A DNA stretch of 64,000 nucleotides, from assembly GCA_965209085.1 (NCBI GenBank), contig OZ242376.1, forward strand, positions 1,536,001-1,600,000, written 5' to 3'. Under the pieces are notes generated by a model. That model saw only the letters and a list, made by a program, of their open reading frames with translations. It had not been told where the DNA came from and did no database searches. Position numbers and translations under genes: made by a program. This document shows, piece after piece, positions 1 through 8,995 of this stretch (positions are counted from its first letter, which is position 1; every line of letters starts with the position of its first letter). This stretch comes from Nitrosopumilaceae archaeon (GTDB taxonomy: Archaea > Thermoproteota > Nitrososphaeria > Nitrososphaerales > Nitrosopumilaceae).

Positions 1-359
1 GCTCCTTTGCAAGAAAAGTCGAAGATGCATCCCTGCCGAATATCTCAGATCTTCGCACGATGATATCAGAGATAAACATCTCGCATGAGAGCTGTTGCAT
101 AGAGGCAATCATACTGCGCGTTCCGGATATACGCCCCATACAGACAAAAAATGGCGACACTATAGATTTGGCTGAAATGCTCGTAGAGGATGAAAGCGGA
201 GAGATTTGGGTAAAGGGATGGCGAAATCAGGCACAGATTATAGGCTCATACTCTCAGGGAGAGATTATCTCCATAACTGACGTTGGAGCTAGGGCCGGAT
301 TAGAGGGTAGAATAGAGCTCTCTTTGGGTCCGTTTGCCACAATTACCAAAAAATCCTAA
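1..359 (+). CDS. Replication protein A / OB-fold ssDNA-binding protein, C-terminal part (5' truncated by window)
   Basis: OB-fold signature 'LAEMLVEDESGEIWVKGW...GEIISI'; the frame continues upstream of the annotated start. Confidence 0.8.
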   Translation, partial: SFARKVEDASLPNISDLRTMISEINISHESCCIEAIILRVPDIRPIQTKNGDTIDLAEMLVEDESGEIWVKGWRNQAQIIGSYSQGEIISITDVGARAGLEGRIELSLGPFATITKKS

Positions 360-3079
360 TCGTTCCAAAAACCGCGCGTCATCACATATTGCCGTTCAGC
401 CTCGTAAATCTGCTTGTACAATCCATCACCTGTCTCATCGACCATGTTGCGTAAAATTCTAGCTGCAGTATCAGGACCTATGCCGTATCCTGAAAGTACA
501 GTCAGTGCTGTCACTCCAAAATTTTCCACCAGTGATGAGGCCTTCCATGCGCGCTCAAATTTGTGTTGCTCCTCAGAGGTCAGCTGTTTGCCTGCATGTT
601 TTTTCTTTATTATTTTTGAAAGATCCGTATCGCTTTGAAACGTAGAGGTAATTTGAGAGCCCCTGCAGTATGGACAGAATAGTTTTCTTTTTTGGCGCGC
701 CTGCAAAAGATCCGTTGTTCTCTCCCACTTGCCGCACCTGGCGCATATCAGGCGGAAAGTTGTTTTTTCAAGTCTTTTTTTTATCTGATCCAGTACCGCA
801 TTATCAATGCTTGCAGGTGCTGAATAATATTTAGATGCGTGATCCAATATGGGTTCGGCAAGCGCGGAGAATTTTTTCACTTCCATCCAAACCAAATGTA
901 TTTTTCCCAAACGCATCATATCTATGATTTTTTTTGTCCCAGGTATGTCGAATTTGTCATGATACAGCTCGCGCAGTGCCTCGCGTATAATCGGTGTTTT
1001 TGAATACCGCTCGCATAAAAATCTGGCAGATCTGCGCTCGTAAATGGCCTTTCTTTCAACGATGCCGAATTTTTTACATACAGACCAAGTCTTCCAGTTT
1101 ATGTTGTGCGTTCCCTGCAGCGATGTTGCAATTACCTCGTCAATGTCGTATTTGGCATGCAGTGCTCCGTTGAGTAAATCCTCGCTCAGCCGCGAATTTG
1201 AAGAAAAAACTATCCGGTATGCATCAGAGCGCGACTCTACTGAATATCCCAAAATGGAGGATAATAAAGAGGAGAGCAGTGAGGAGAGTGTATTGTTGAT
1301 GCGCGTTCCAAAACAACAGTGAAGCACAACTGTCCCATCCAATCTGTGCGATTCAGCACATATTGAATTTTCATCAGATACAAACTCTGGCGGCAGGGTG
1401 GGCATATTTGCCATATTTTTTGTGCGAAAATGTCCAACTTTATTGGCGGTGCGCGCATCAACTGGGATAAGCTCGCCCTCCCAGTATGGAACAGTCATGG
1501 TTTTGGCGCGGTATGGCTCAACATTTACGCTAAGAGCTTTTTCATCGACGTTCATTATGCGCCAATGCAGACCCTTTAGGACAAAGACGTTGCCGTTTTC
1601 CCCGTAATCGCCTATGAAACGCTGATCCAACGAACCTATCGGTTTTTTGCCCACAGTGTCAAATACCCGGAACCGGAGAATGTCTGGAATTGTTGAGAGG
1701 TTTTCATAGTGGTAGCGGTACGATTTGCCTTCCTTGTGATACAGCATCAAATCTTTGTCAAAATATACAAGATAGCTCTCATCGAGCATCTCCAGTACGG
1801 CGCAAATGTCCTCTTCTTTTATCGAGCGGAAAGGGTATGCGGCAGAAACTATATCCAGTGCGCGCTTTACTGTAACCTCGCCAAACTGCATGGTAAGACC
1901 CACCAGATGATGCGCTACAACATCCAAGGGTCCCTCATGAATCCTTTGCTCCTCCATCGAGCGCTCCTGTACACGCTCAAGTATTGCGCGCACCTCTAGC
2001 TCATCATCATAGCTGTTTACAACCACCAGTCCTTGCGCTGACGAGTTTATGTTGTGCCTGCTACGCCCTATGCGCTGTACCAGCTTTGAGACCTGCCGGG
2101 GCGAGCCGTAGTGTATTACAAGCTCGACAGACCCCACGTCAAGTCCAAGCTCCAGTGATGAGGTGCAGACAGTTATTCCCATCTTGCCTGCCTGCAAGGA
2201 TGCCTCTGCATCCTGCCGTACTTCCTTTGATAGTGAGCCATGATGCAAATCGATTGGTATCTGGGATTTTTCTTTTAAAATTGAAGCAAGCATTTCAGAT
2301 TCCCCGCGCGTGTTTACAAATAACAGAATTGGCGTCTTTAGGTCTAAATTTGTCACGTATTTTATTATAAATTCTGCAATTTCTGGAATTTTGCCGTTTA
2401 CATGCTGCACGTCAATGTCGTATTTTCTCATGGTAGTATCCTGCAGAATCTGACATTTACGGTGGGCACCGGATACAAATTTTGAAGCCTCTGTAGGATT
2501 TCCCACTGTAGCAGAAAGTCCTATGCGGGTCAGATTCTTTGCAGTGTTAACTGAGAGCCTCTCAAGACTTATGGCAAGCTGTGAGCCGCGTTTATTTGAG
2601 ATCAGCTCGTGCACCTCGTCAATTACCACCCACTCTAATTGGGATAACGCATCAAGCATTTTTGGCTGGCTTAGTAATATGACCAGCGATTCTGGAGTGG
2701 TTACAAGCACATCCGGCGGTGAGAGTGAGATTTTACGGCGTACGCTTTGGGTTGTGTCCCCGTGCCGTATCTGCATGCTCAGCCCATCGCGCTCCGCATA
2801 GTCGCGTATGCGCCTGAAAATATCCCGGTTTAACGCCCTGAGAGGAGTGATGTATAGTGCCTTTATTCTGCCGTTGCCGCGCGCGGAATTTTTTATGTGT
2901 GCAAATATTGGCACAATTGAGCATTCAGTTTTGCCCGAACCTGTGGGAGCCATTACAAGCGAATCTTTTTTGAGAAATATTTCAGGCGAAGCTATTTTTT
3001 GTATTGTTGTAAGATGCTCAAATCCATGCAGACGGAATTCTTTTTCAAGCGCCTTGTTTGACACTGTCATTTTTTTCAC
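356..3079 (-). CDS. lhr: Lhr-family ATP-dependent DEAD/DEAH-box helicase
   Basis: APTGSGKT, DEVH, GLSAT, TSSLELGLDVG and QRIGRS motifs; C-terminal CxxC...CxxC. Confidence 0.92.
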   Translation of the reverse strand: MKKMTVSNKALEKEFRLHGFEHLTTIQKIASPEIFLKKDSLVMAPTGSGKTECSIVPIFAHIKNSARGNGRIKALYITPLRALNRDIFRRIRDYAERDGLSMQIRHGDTTQSVRRKISLSPPDVLVTTPESLVILLSQPKMLDALSQLEWVVIDEVHELISNKRGSQLAISLERLSVNTAKNLTRIGLSATVGNPTEASKFVSGAHRKCQILQDTTMRKYDIDVQHVNGKIPEIAEFIIKYVTNLDLKTPILLFVNTRGESEMLASILKEKSQIPIDLHHGSLSKEVRQDAEASLQAGKMGITVCTSSLELGLDVGSVELVIHYGSPRQVSKLVQRIGRSRHNINSSAQGLVVVNSYDDELEVRAILERVQERSMEEQRIHEGPLDVVAHHLVGLTMQFGEVTVKRALDIVSAAYPFRSIKEEDICAVLEMLDESYLVYFDKDLMLYHKEGKSYRYHYENLSTIPDILRFRVFDTVGKKPIGSLDQRFIGDYGENGNVFVLKGLHWRIMNVDEKALSVNVEPYRAKTMTVPYWEGELIPVDARTANKVGHFRTKNMANMPTLPPEFVSDENSICAESHRLDGTVVLHCCFGTRINNTLSSLLSSLLSSILGYSVESRSDAYRIVFSSNSRLSEDLLNGALHAKYDIDEVIATSLQGTHNINWKTWSVCKKFGIVERKAIYERRSARFLCERYSKTPIIREALRELYHDKFDIPGTKKIIDMMRLGKIHLVWMEVKKFSALAEPILDHASKYYSAPASIDNAVLDQIKKRLEKTTFRLICARCGKWERTTDLLQARQKRKLFCPYCRGSQITSTFQSDTDLSKIIKKKHAGKQLTSEEQHKFERAWKASSLVENFGVTALTVLSGYGIGPDTAARILRNMVDETGDGLYKQIYEAERQYVMTRGFWND

Positions 3080-3205
3080 TCGTCAGTTTCAGTCTTGCCC
3101 TCTCATATACCATGGCACATACTATGCCTGCTGCAAACAAGACAACAACTATTGTCGAGATGGAGTCAAAATAATCTACCAATACGTGCATTTAATTTTA
3201 CGTGG

Positions 3206-3880
3206 TTAAAAAGATTGGGATTTACATACGTTAGTGCGCGCATCGTAAACCCCTTTTTTTGATATCTCATACTCGAATTCATATCTGCCATTTACAGTTT
3301 CCACCGTTCCGCGACGGGGAACGTTATCTGCAGGTCTTTCAATTAAACAAATTCTTGCATGCGTGAACGGACTTGTTGCCCCATACATGTTTTCAAACGT
3401 GCGATCATTTGCGCTCCTTACCATATTTGTAATTATTACCGGAATATTGAGACTGTATGAAAGATCCGCAAGTTTTCTTGCATACTGCATAAACGCAATA
3501 TTTTTTTCCCGTGACTGCTCTATCAGTTTGTATTCAAATGCAAACAGATCTGTCACCCCGTCCACTATAATTAACGAGGTATCATCAGGTATGGTAGAGA
3601 TTGCATCAATTTGCTCTGACGTGTTTCTCAAATGCCGTACGCCGATATGTTCGAGTATTTCAGAATTGTTATCACGGCTCATATCTACAATACGTTCTGG
3701 TCTAAAACCTCCCGTGGCATCATGGTATGTGATTTTGCCCATTATGGCAGCATTTACGCAAAACTGCATGGCAAGCTGAGTCTTTCCTGATCCTGCAGGT
3801 CCAAAGATATCAGTAATTGTTCCGTCCCGTATTCCACCCCCTAGTATTTTATCCACCAAACTAATTCCCGATGATATCAA
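3206..3880 (-). CDS. RadA/RadB-like recombinase paralog (no N-terminal HhH domain)
   Basis: 'LVDKILGGGI...ITDIFGPAGSGKTQL' Walker A; LIIVDG Walker B; 224 aa. Confidence 0.85.
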   Translation of the reverse strand: MISSGISLVDKILGGGIRDGTITDIFGPAGSGKTQLAMQFCVNAAIMGKITYHDATGGFRPERIVDMSRDNNSEILEHIGVRHLRNTSEQIDAISTIPDDTSLIIVDGVTDLFAFEYKLIEQSREKNIAFMQYARKLADLSYSLNIPVIITNMVRSANDRTFENMYGATSPFTHARICLIERPADNVPRRGTVETVNGRYEFEYEISKKGVYDARTNVCKSQSF

Positions 3881-4029
3881 GACGATCGGTTATGTAATTT
3901 GGCATGTTGAAATTAAATGAATCTTTTAGAATTGCGCATAAAATATCATACGTGCAGTAAAATGCCGGATAATCAGTTAAAGCAAGGCTTTTATCCTAGA
4001 ATATAGCGGTTGGATCGAGTGATCAGCCG

Positions 4030-4272
4030 ATGTCGCAATCAGGTGCAAAAAGACCTTTAACAACTTTGCAAAAAAATACTGGAAAATTCGTTAGTATACG
4101 TCTCAAAAACGGGGTAGAATACAAGGGTAAAATGGAGAGTGTTGACATGTACATGAACCTGATAATGACAGAGGCTGAAGAGATACACGGCGGCAAAGTT
4201 GCAGAAAAGTTTGGTCGCGTCATATTGCGCGGAAATAATGTTCTTTTTGTAAAAATAGAAGACGATCTGTAA
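4030..4272 (+). CDS. Sm/Lsm-like RNA-binding protein
   Basis: Sm1 'GKMESVDMYMNLIM' and Sm2 'ILRGNNV' motifs. Confidence 0.95.
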   Translation: MSQSGAKRPLTTLQKNTGKFVSIRLKNGVEYKGKMESVDMYMNLIMTEAEEIHGGKVAEKFGRVILRGNNVLFVKIEDDL

Positions 4273-4287
4273 TGTGTGACATTACAT

Positions 4288-5454
4288 ATGGCTAAAAATT
4301 TCTTATTTACGTCTGAATCGGTAACTGAGGGTCATCCAGACAAAATATGCGATCGTATATCTGATGCATTTTTGGACGAATATCTCAGAGGAGATCCTGA
4401 TTCAAGGGTGGCCGTGGAGACCATGGTGACCACTAATTTCATAGCGGTTGCCGGCGAGGTAACCTCAAAAACGGAACTAGATGAGAAAGCACAGGAAGAT
4501 CTAGTACGTAAAACTGTAAGAGAGATAGGATACGACAATGATGATTTAAAATTCAATGCAGACACATGCAAGGTGGAGCTGCGGCTTCATTCCCAAAGTC
4601 CGGACATCAGTCAGGGTGTTACAGCTTCGGCCTCAAAAGAACAAGGGGCAGGAGATCAGGGCCTAATGTTTGGGTATGCTACAAATGAAACAGACGAGCT
4701 GATGCCGCTTCCCATAATCATGGCACACAAGCTCACAAGAAAACTTGCAGAGGTACGCAAATCCGGCAAAGTTGAATGGATACGACCTGACGGCAAATCC
4801 CAAGTTTCTGTCCAGTACAAAGACGGACGTCCAGAGAAGATAATTACAATCGTTGTCTCGGCCCAGCACGCTCCAAATGTTACAAGTGATGAGATAGAAA
4901 AAACCATAATTGCAAAAGTGATAAAACCCGTATGCGGCAAGTGGTGGCACGATGGGATAAAAATATACATAAATCCCACGGGAAAATTTGAAATTGGTGG
5001 TCCTCACGGAGATGCCGGACTGACCGGCAGGAAGATCATTGTGGATACGTACGGCGGTTTTGGACGTCACGGGGGCGGTGCTTTTTCAGGTAAAGATCCC
5101 TCAAAGGTGGACAGATCAGCTTGTTACATGTGCAGATATGTGGCAAAGAACATTGTTGCCGCAGGATTAGCGGACAGGTGTGAAGTCCAGGTTGCATATG
5201 CAATCGGGGTGGCAAAACCCATATCCCTCATGATAAACACGTTTGATACTTACAAAGTGGACGAAAAAATTATAGAAGATTTGACAAGAGAGCATTTTGA
5301 TATGAGACCTCTTGGAATAATTACCCGTCTAGACCTGAAAAGACCCGTATATGGAGCCACGTCAGCCTATGGTCATTTTGGCAGAAACGAACCTGAATTT
5401 ACATGGGAAAAGACGGACATGGCGGACAAATTACGCAAAGCTGCAGGCATTTAG
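4288..5454 (+). CDS. metK: Methionine adenosyltransferase (bacterial/eukaryotic type)
   Basis: [19 protein letters not shown] and GGGAFSGKD signatures. Confidence 0.97.
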   Translation: MAKNFLFTSESVTEGHPDKICDRISDAFLDEYLRGDPDSRVAVETMVTTNFIAVAGEVTSKTELDEKAQEDLVRKTVREIGYDNDDLKFNADTCKVELRLHSQSPDISQGVTASASKEQGAGDQGLMFGYATNETDELMPLPIIMAHKLTRKLAEVRKSGKVEWIRPDGKSQVSVQYKDGRPEKIITIVVSAQHAPNVTSDEIEKTIIAKVIKPVCGKWWHDGIKIYINPTGKFEIGGPHGDAGLTGRKIIVDTYGGFGRHGGGAFSGKDPSKVDRSACYMCRYVAKNIVAAGLADRCEVQVAYAIGVAKPISLMINTFDTYKVDEKIIEDLTREHFDMRPLGIITRLDLKRPVYGATSAYGHFGRNEPEFTWEKTDMADKLRKAAGI

Positions 5455-6303
5455 CATTTCATCAATGTTAGCAAGGCGTTTTTTATACAGTTTTTTGAGT
5501 GGTTTTACATCTCCGGTATAATCTCCCACCATTATGCACAAATCATCAAGGCCAAATTTTCCCATGCCTCTTACCGCAAGGCGATATTCATCCTCTAGGT
5601 TTGTTTTTACAATATATTTTCCAAGTCCGGCTTTTTTGACAAAATCTTGAAACGATACAATTTCCAAACCTGCCAAATCTAGAGTTTTTTTAGAATATTT
5701 TTCCAAGGTGGCAGCATCCAAGAGTATGCTGCAGGCGTCCAGGATGTATATTGGTTGCATTCTGTATTTGCCAGAGCCTGGAATTATTATGCGTCCGTTT
5801 TTCTTTTGTTTTTTTATGTTTCTAGCAAGAGCGTCACCGCGTCCCATTATGTACGATGGTCGAAATATCACATAATCCAACCCCGATTTGCGTACGATTT
5901 GTTCTGCCTGATATTTGGATATGAAGTATCCCGTGGTAGATTTTGCAGAAGCTCCAAGACCGCTGTTGTATACGAATCGTTTTATTCCCGCCTTGATGCA
6001 TAATTCTGTCATTTTTTTTGTCAGATTTACGTTGGAAGTATAATAATCCGAATCAACGCTTTGTATTCCCGAACCTGCAAGATGCACCATTGCCGTACAA
6101 TTTTTTAACATTGGTAAAATTTTATCCAGATCATAATCAGGAGAGATTATTTTTGTTTCCCCTGAATGTACGGTAAGATTTTTTCGCGCCAGACAGATCA
6201 CCTGCATGCCAGCATTGCCAAGTATTCGGCGCAGATTTTTTGCCACATAGCCGTTTGCTCCAGTTACAACAATTTTTTCATCTCTGGCAGTTTTATGTTT
6301 CAT
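5431..6303 (-). CDS. NAD-dependent epimerase/dehydratase (atypical SDR)
   Basis: VTGANGYVA Rossmann motif, YxxSK (YFISK), RPSYIMG. Confidence 0.85.
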   Translation of the reverse strand: MKHKTARDEKIVVTGANGYVAKNLRRILGNAGMQVICLARKNLTVHSGETKIISPDYDLDKILPMLKNCTAMVHLAGSGIQSVDSDYYTSNVNLTKKMTELCIKAGIKRFVYNSGLGASAKSTTGYFISKYQAEQIVRKSGLDYVIFRPSYIMGRGDALARNIKKQKKNGRIIIPGSGKYRMQPIYILDACSILLDAATLEKYSKKTLDLAGLEIVSFQDFVKKAGLGKYIVKTNLEDEYRLAVRGMGKFGLDDLCIMVGDYTGDVKPLKKLYKKRLANIDEMLNACSFA

Positions 6304-6399
6304 ATCAAAAGACTATCCATGTCACGTTTAAACAGTATGACAATTTACATCAATCCTTCAAAAATAGATTGTGTGTAAAAGAATCAAGTGTAAAAATCA

Positions 6400-6627
6400 C
6401 TAGCTGAAAATTTGTTTTTTAAATACCAATTGTTTTACCTTACCCAGTGCAAATATCCACGCAATTATCAATGCTGTTGCGCCCAATATTTTGAGGGCGG
6501 CAGTAGCTGGACCGTCAATATTCCCGTATCCTGAAATCGATATAGAGCCTATAATGTACACTGCGATGGCGCCAGCTAAAAGTATCATGGCCCACATTAT
6601 GAGTAAAAATACGACAATTGTACGCAT
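6400..6627 (-). CDS. Small two-helix membrane protein, hypothetical
   Basis: Two hydrophobic segments; directly downstream of the GlcNAc-1-P transferase gene. Confidence 0.6.
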   Translation of the reverse strand: MRTIVVFLLIMWAMILLAGAIAVYIIGSISISGYGNIDGPATAALKILGATALIIAWIFALGKVKQLVFKKQIFS

Positions 6628-6632
6628 GCCGC

Positions 6633-7643
6633 TCACGATAATTTCACCAGCATCATAAATGTAGTAACAACGGCCATACATCCGGACAATGTGGCAAGAG
6701 AAAGTAGTATTTTTACCAATTGTGCGTCAGTTTTTGGTTTGCTTCCGGCAAGAATTATGCTGACCAGTGAGGGAATTGCTCCTTTTTCAGAGGTGGCAAA
6801 AATTTTAAAATCTTTGGTAAGTGCTACTGATTCTTTTTTTATTTTTCTGTATTCCATGATACGTTTTGTTGCAGACAAAAACAAAAACGAATTTACAATA
6901 GCCGGAAGCATGGCCACAGCAGCTATAATTTCCACTCCGCCAACTAGGGCAATTGCACCGTATGCAGCACCCAAAGCAAGAGCTCCGGAATCACCTGGGA
7001 AGATAAGGCATGGTATTTTATGAAATCTATAGTATGCGACAGATGTGGCAACTAGTATGGCAGAAGCTGTTGCAACTTCGTAATTTTGCAGTATGATGAG
7101 TGAGATGGTCAGTGCAGCAGATGCAATTGCAACAAAAGCGCTGGCCAGACCGCCGAATATGTCTATAGAGTTTACAGTGTTGCCCATCAGTACGATTGCA
7201 ATTATTGCCACTCCGCCATATAAAATCGGCACATGTATGCTTCCAAACAATGGGAATGCCAAATCGGTTCCATACGATCCTAATGCAATAAGCGGAATAG
7301 CTGCAACTGCTAGTGTAAGCGGTTTAAACCATCCACCCATTCTCTTTAGATCGTCCACCAAACCCGCTACAAAGGCAATGATTGTGGTTGCCAATACTGC
7401 AATTATCCAATCCTGATGCAAAAATGCATACAAAATAAGACATCCTACTGTAATGCCAGACATAATAGCAGGTCCGCCCGGACGTGGCACCATTACATTG
7501 CCTGGTGCGTGTGCATTTGGAACTGTTATTTTTTTGTTATTCAACCATCGTATCAATAAAGGCGTAAATGCGTACACTATTCCAAAGGCAGAAACGCATG
7601 AGATGGCTGCGGTGACAACTGCATAATAGTCATACACAATCAT
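6633..7643 (-). CDS. Polyprenyl-phosphate GlcNAc-1-phosphate transferase (MraY/WecA/AglH family)
   Basis: PRPGG, GLVDD, 'NTVNSIDIFGG' and FPGDSG motifs; polytopic membrane protein. Confidence 0.9.
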   Translation of the reverse strand: MIVYDYYAVVTAAISCVSAFGIVYAFTPLLIRWLNNKKITVPNAHAPGNVMVPRPGGPAIMSGITVGCLILYAFLHQDWIIAVLATTIIAFVAGLVDDLKRMGGWFKPLTLAVAAIPLIALGSYGTDLAFPLFGSIHVPILYGGVAIIAIVLMGNTVNSIDIFGGLASAFVAIASAALTISLIILQNYEVATASAILVATSVAYYRFHKIPCLIFPGDSGALALGAAYGAIALVGGVEIIAAVAMLPAIVNSFLFLSATKRIMEYRKIKKESVALTKDFKIFATSEKGAIPSLVSIILAGSKPKTDAQLVKILLSLATLSGCMAVVTTFMMLVKLS

Positions 7644-7733
7644 GGTTCATAATCCTAGTACTTTATGTTATACCGTATATTTTTTGATTATCAGCTTAAC
7701 GTTTAAATAATAAATAGAAATTTTTTTAGCGAA

Positions 7734-8762
7734 ATGAAAATATGGATGGATATACTTACCCCAAAAGAAGTAAAATTCTTCAAACCTATGGCAGAAAAAT
7801 TATCAAAAAAACATACGGTGCTATGTACATCACGTATCTATAAAGAAAGCAACTCTCTTGCAAATCTGATTAAATTCAAAACAACGATTGTAGGGCGTCA
7901 CGGAGGAGGGACAAAAATAGGAAAAATGGAAGCTGCAATTGAAAGAATGGGTCTGCTCACAAAAAAAATGAAGAAATATTCACCGGATCTTTTGATTAGT
8001 TTTTGCTCTGTAGATGCGGCACGCGTGGCATATGGACTTGGGATAAAACACATTGCATTTTCTGATATGCCACATGCATACATACAAATGAATCTGACAC
8101 TTCCTCTTTGCGACAAGCTTCTTACACCTTACATATATACAAAAAAATCATTTGCAAAATACGGCATAGAGCCGCGCAACATTATACAATACAATGCCAT
8201 TGATTCAGCATTTACCAACAAATACAAGTTTAACAGTGCAGTACCGCGTGTCGATAAATCAAAAAAAGTCATAATGATACGAATGGCAGAAGATCAGGCC
8301 GCATACATGCCAAACATCAATTATATGCACATTGTACGTGCAATAGTTAAAAAATTTGAATCTGAAAACGTACTTGTATTGTCGCGGTACAAGGAACAAA
8401 CTGCAAAATTATTCAAAGTGCTAGGTAAAAAAGCTAGAATCATAGACATGAAGTATGATGGTAAAGCATTATTGGAAATGTGCGATGTATTTGTAGGATC
8501 AGGCGGAACCATGACGGCAGAGGCTGCATTTATGGGAATACCTAGTGTTCATATGGAAATATTTGGAAAAGAGCCTCACATTATCTATTTAACAAAGAAA
8601 AAACTGCTAAAAGGTGCATCCACGCCATCATCCATGATTTCAATTATACAACATCTTTTACAAGAACCAAGATCAAAATATGAAAAACGAGCAAAAGCTA
8701 TAACATCCGGCATGACGGATCCGTATGATGTTTTGGTTAAAACCATAAACATGTTATTTTAA
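7734..8762 (+). CDS. DUF354-family GT-B-fold protein
   Basis: 'MKIWMDI', 'VGRHGG', 'AARVAYGLGI' and 'GSGGTMTAEAA' motifs. Confidence 0.85.
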   Translation: MKIWMDILTPKEVKFFKPMAEKLSKKHTVLCTSRIYKESNSLANLIKFKTTIVGRHGGGTKIGKMEAAIERMGLLTKKMKKYSPDLLISFCSVDAARVAYGLGIKHIAFSDMPHAYIQMNLTLPLCDKLLTPYIYTKKSFAKYGIEPRNIIQYNAIDSAFTNKYKFNSAVPRVDKSKKVIMIRMAEDQAAYMPNINYMHIVRAIVKKFESENVLVLSRYKEQTAKLFKVLGKKARIIDMKYDGKALLEMCDVFVGSGGTMTAEAAFMGIPSVHMEIFGKEPHIIYLTKKKLLKGASTPSSMISIIQHLLQEPRSKYEKRAKAITSGMTDPYDVLVKTINMLF

Positions 8763-8995
8763 ATCACGGATATGCGCACAAATTTCGGATCAAAATACTA
8801 TGAAATTTATCATAAATGTCGTATCAAAAATATGATGTAAAACTTGAATTATCACTACAGGAGATATCTTTCCAGTTATTCGCTAGATACGGATTATATG
8901 CAGGATGTATATGCTCTAATTGTAATAATTCGTGCCTGCGTAAACGTGTATTTTCTTCCAAACCGTTAAAAACTAGACATATTGACGCATGGTAA

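Noticed and set aside
4288-5454. Bacterial-type MetK in an archaeon as a recent transfer
   Set aside because: Core-like context (after lsm) and, from recall, usual for Nitrososphaerota; not novel
8816-8995. 59-aa plus-strand ORF with CxCxxCxxxC upstream of aglB, and the overlapping 144-aa minus ORF
   Set aside because: No recognisable family; overlaps the likely aglB promoter; probably chance frames
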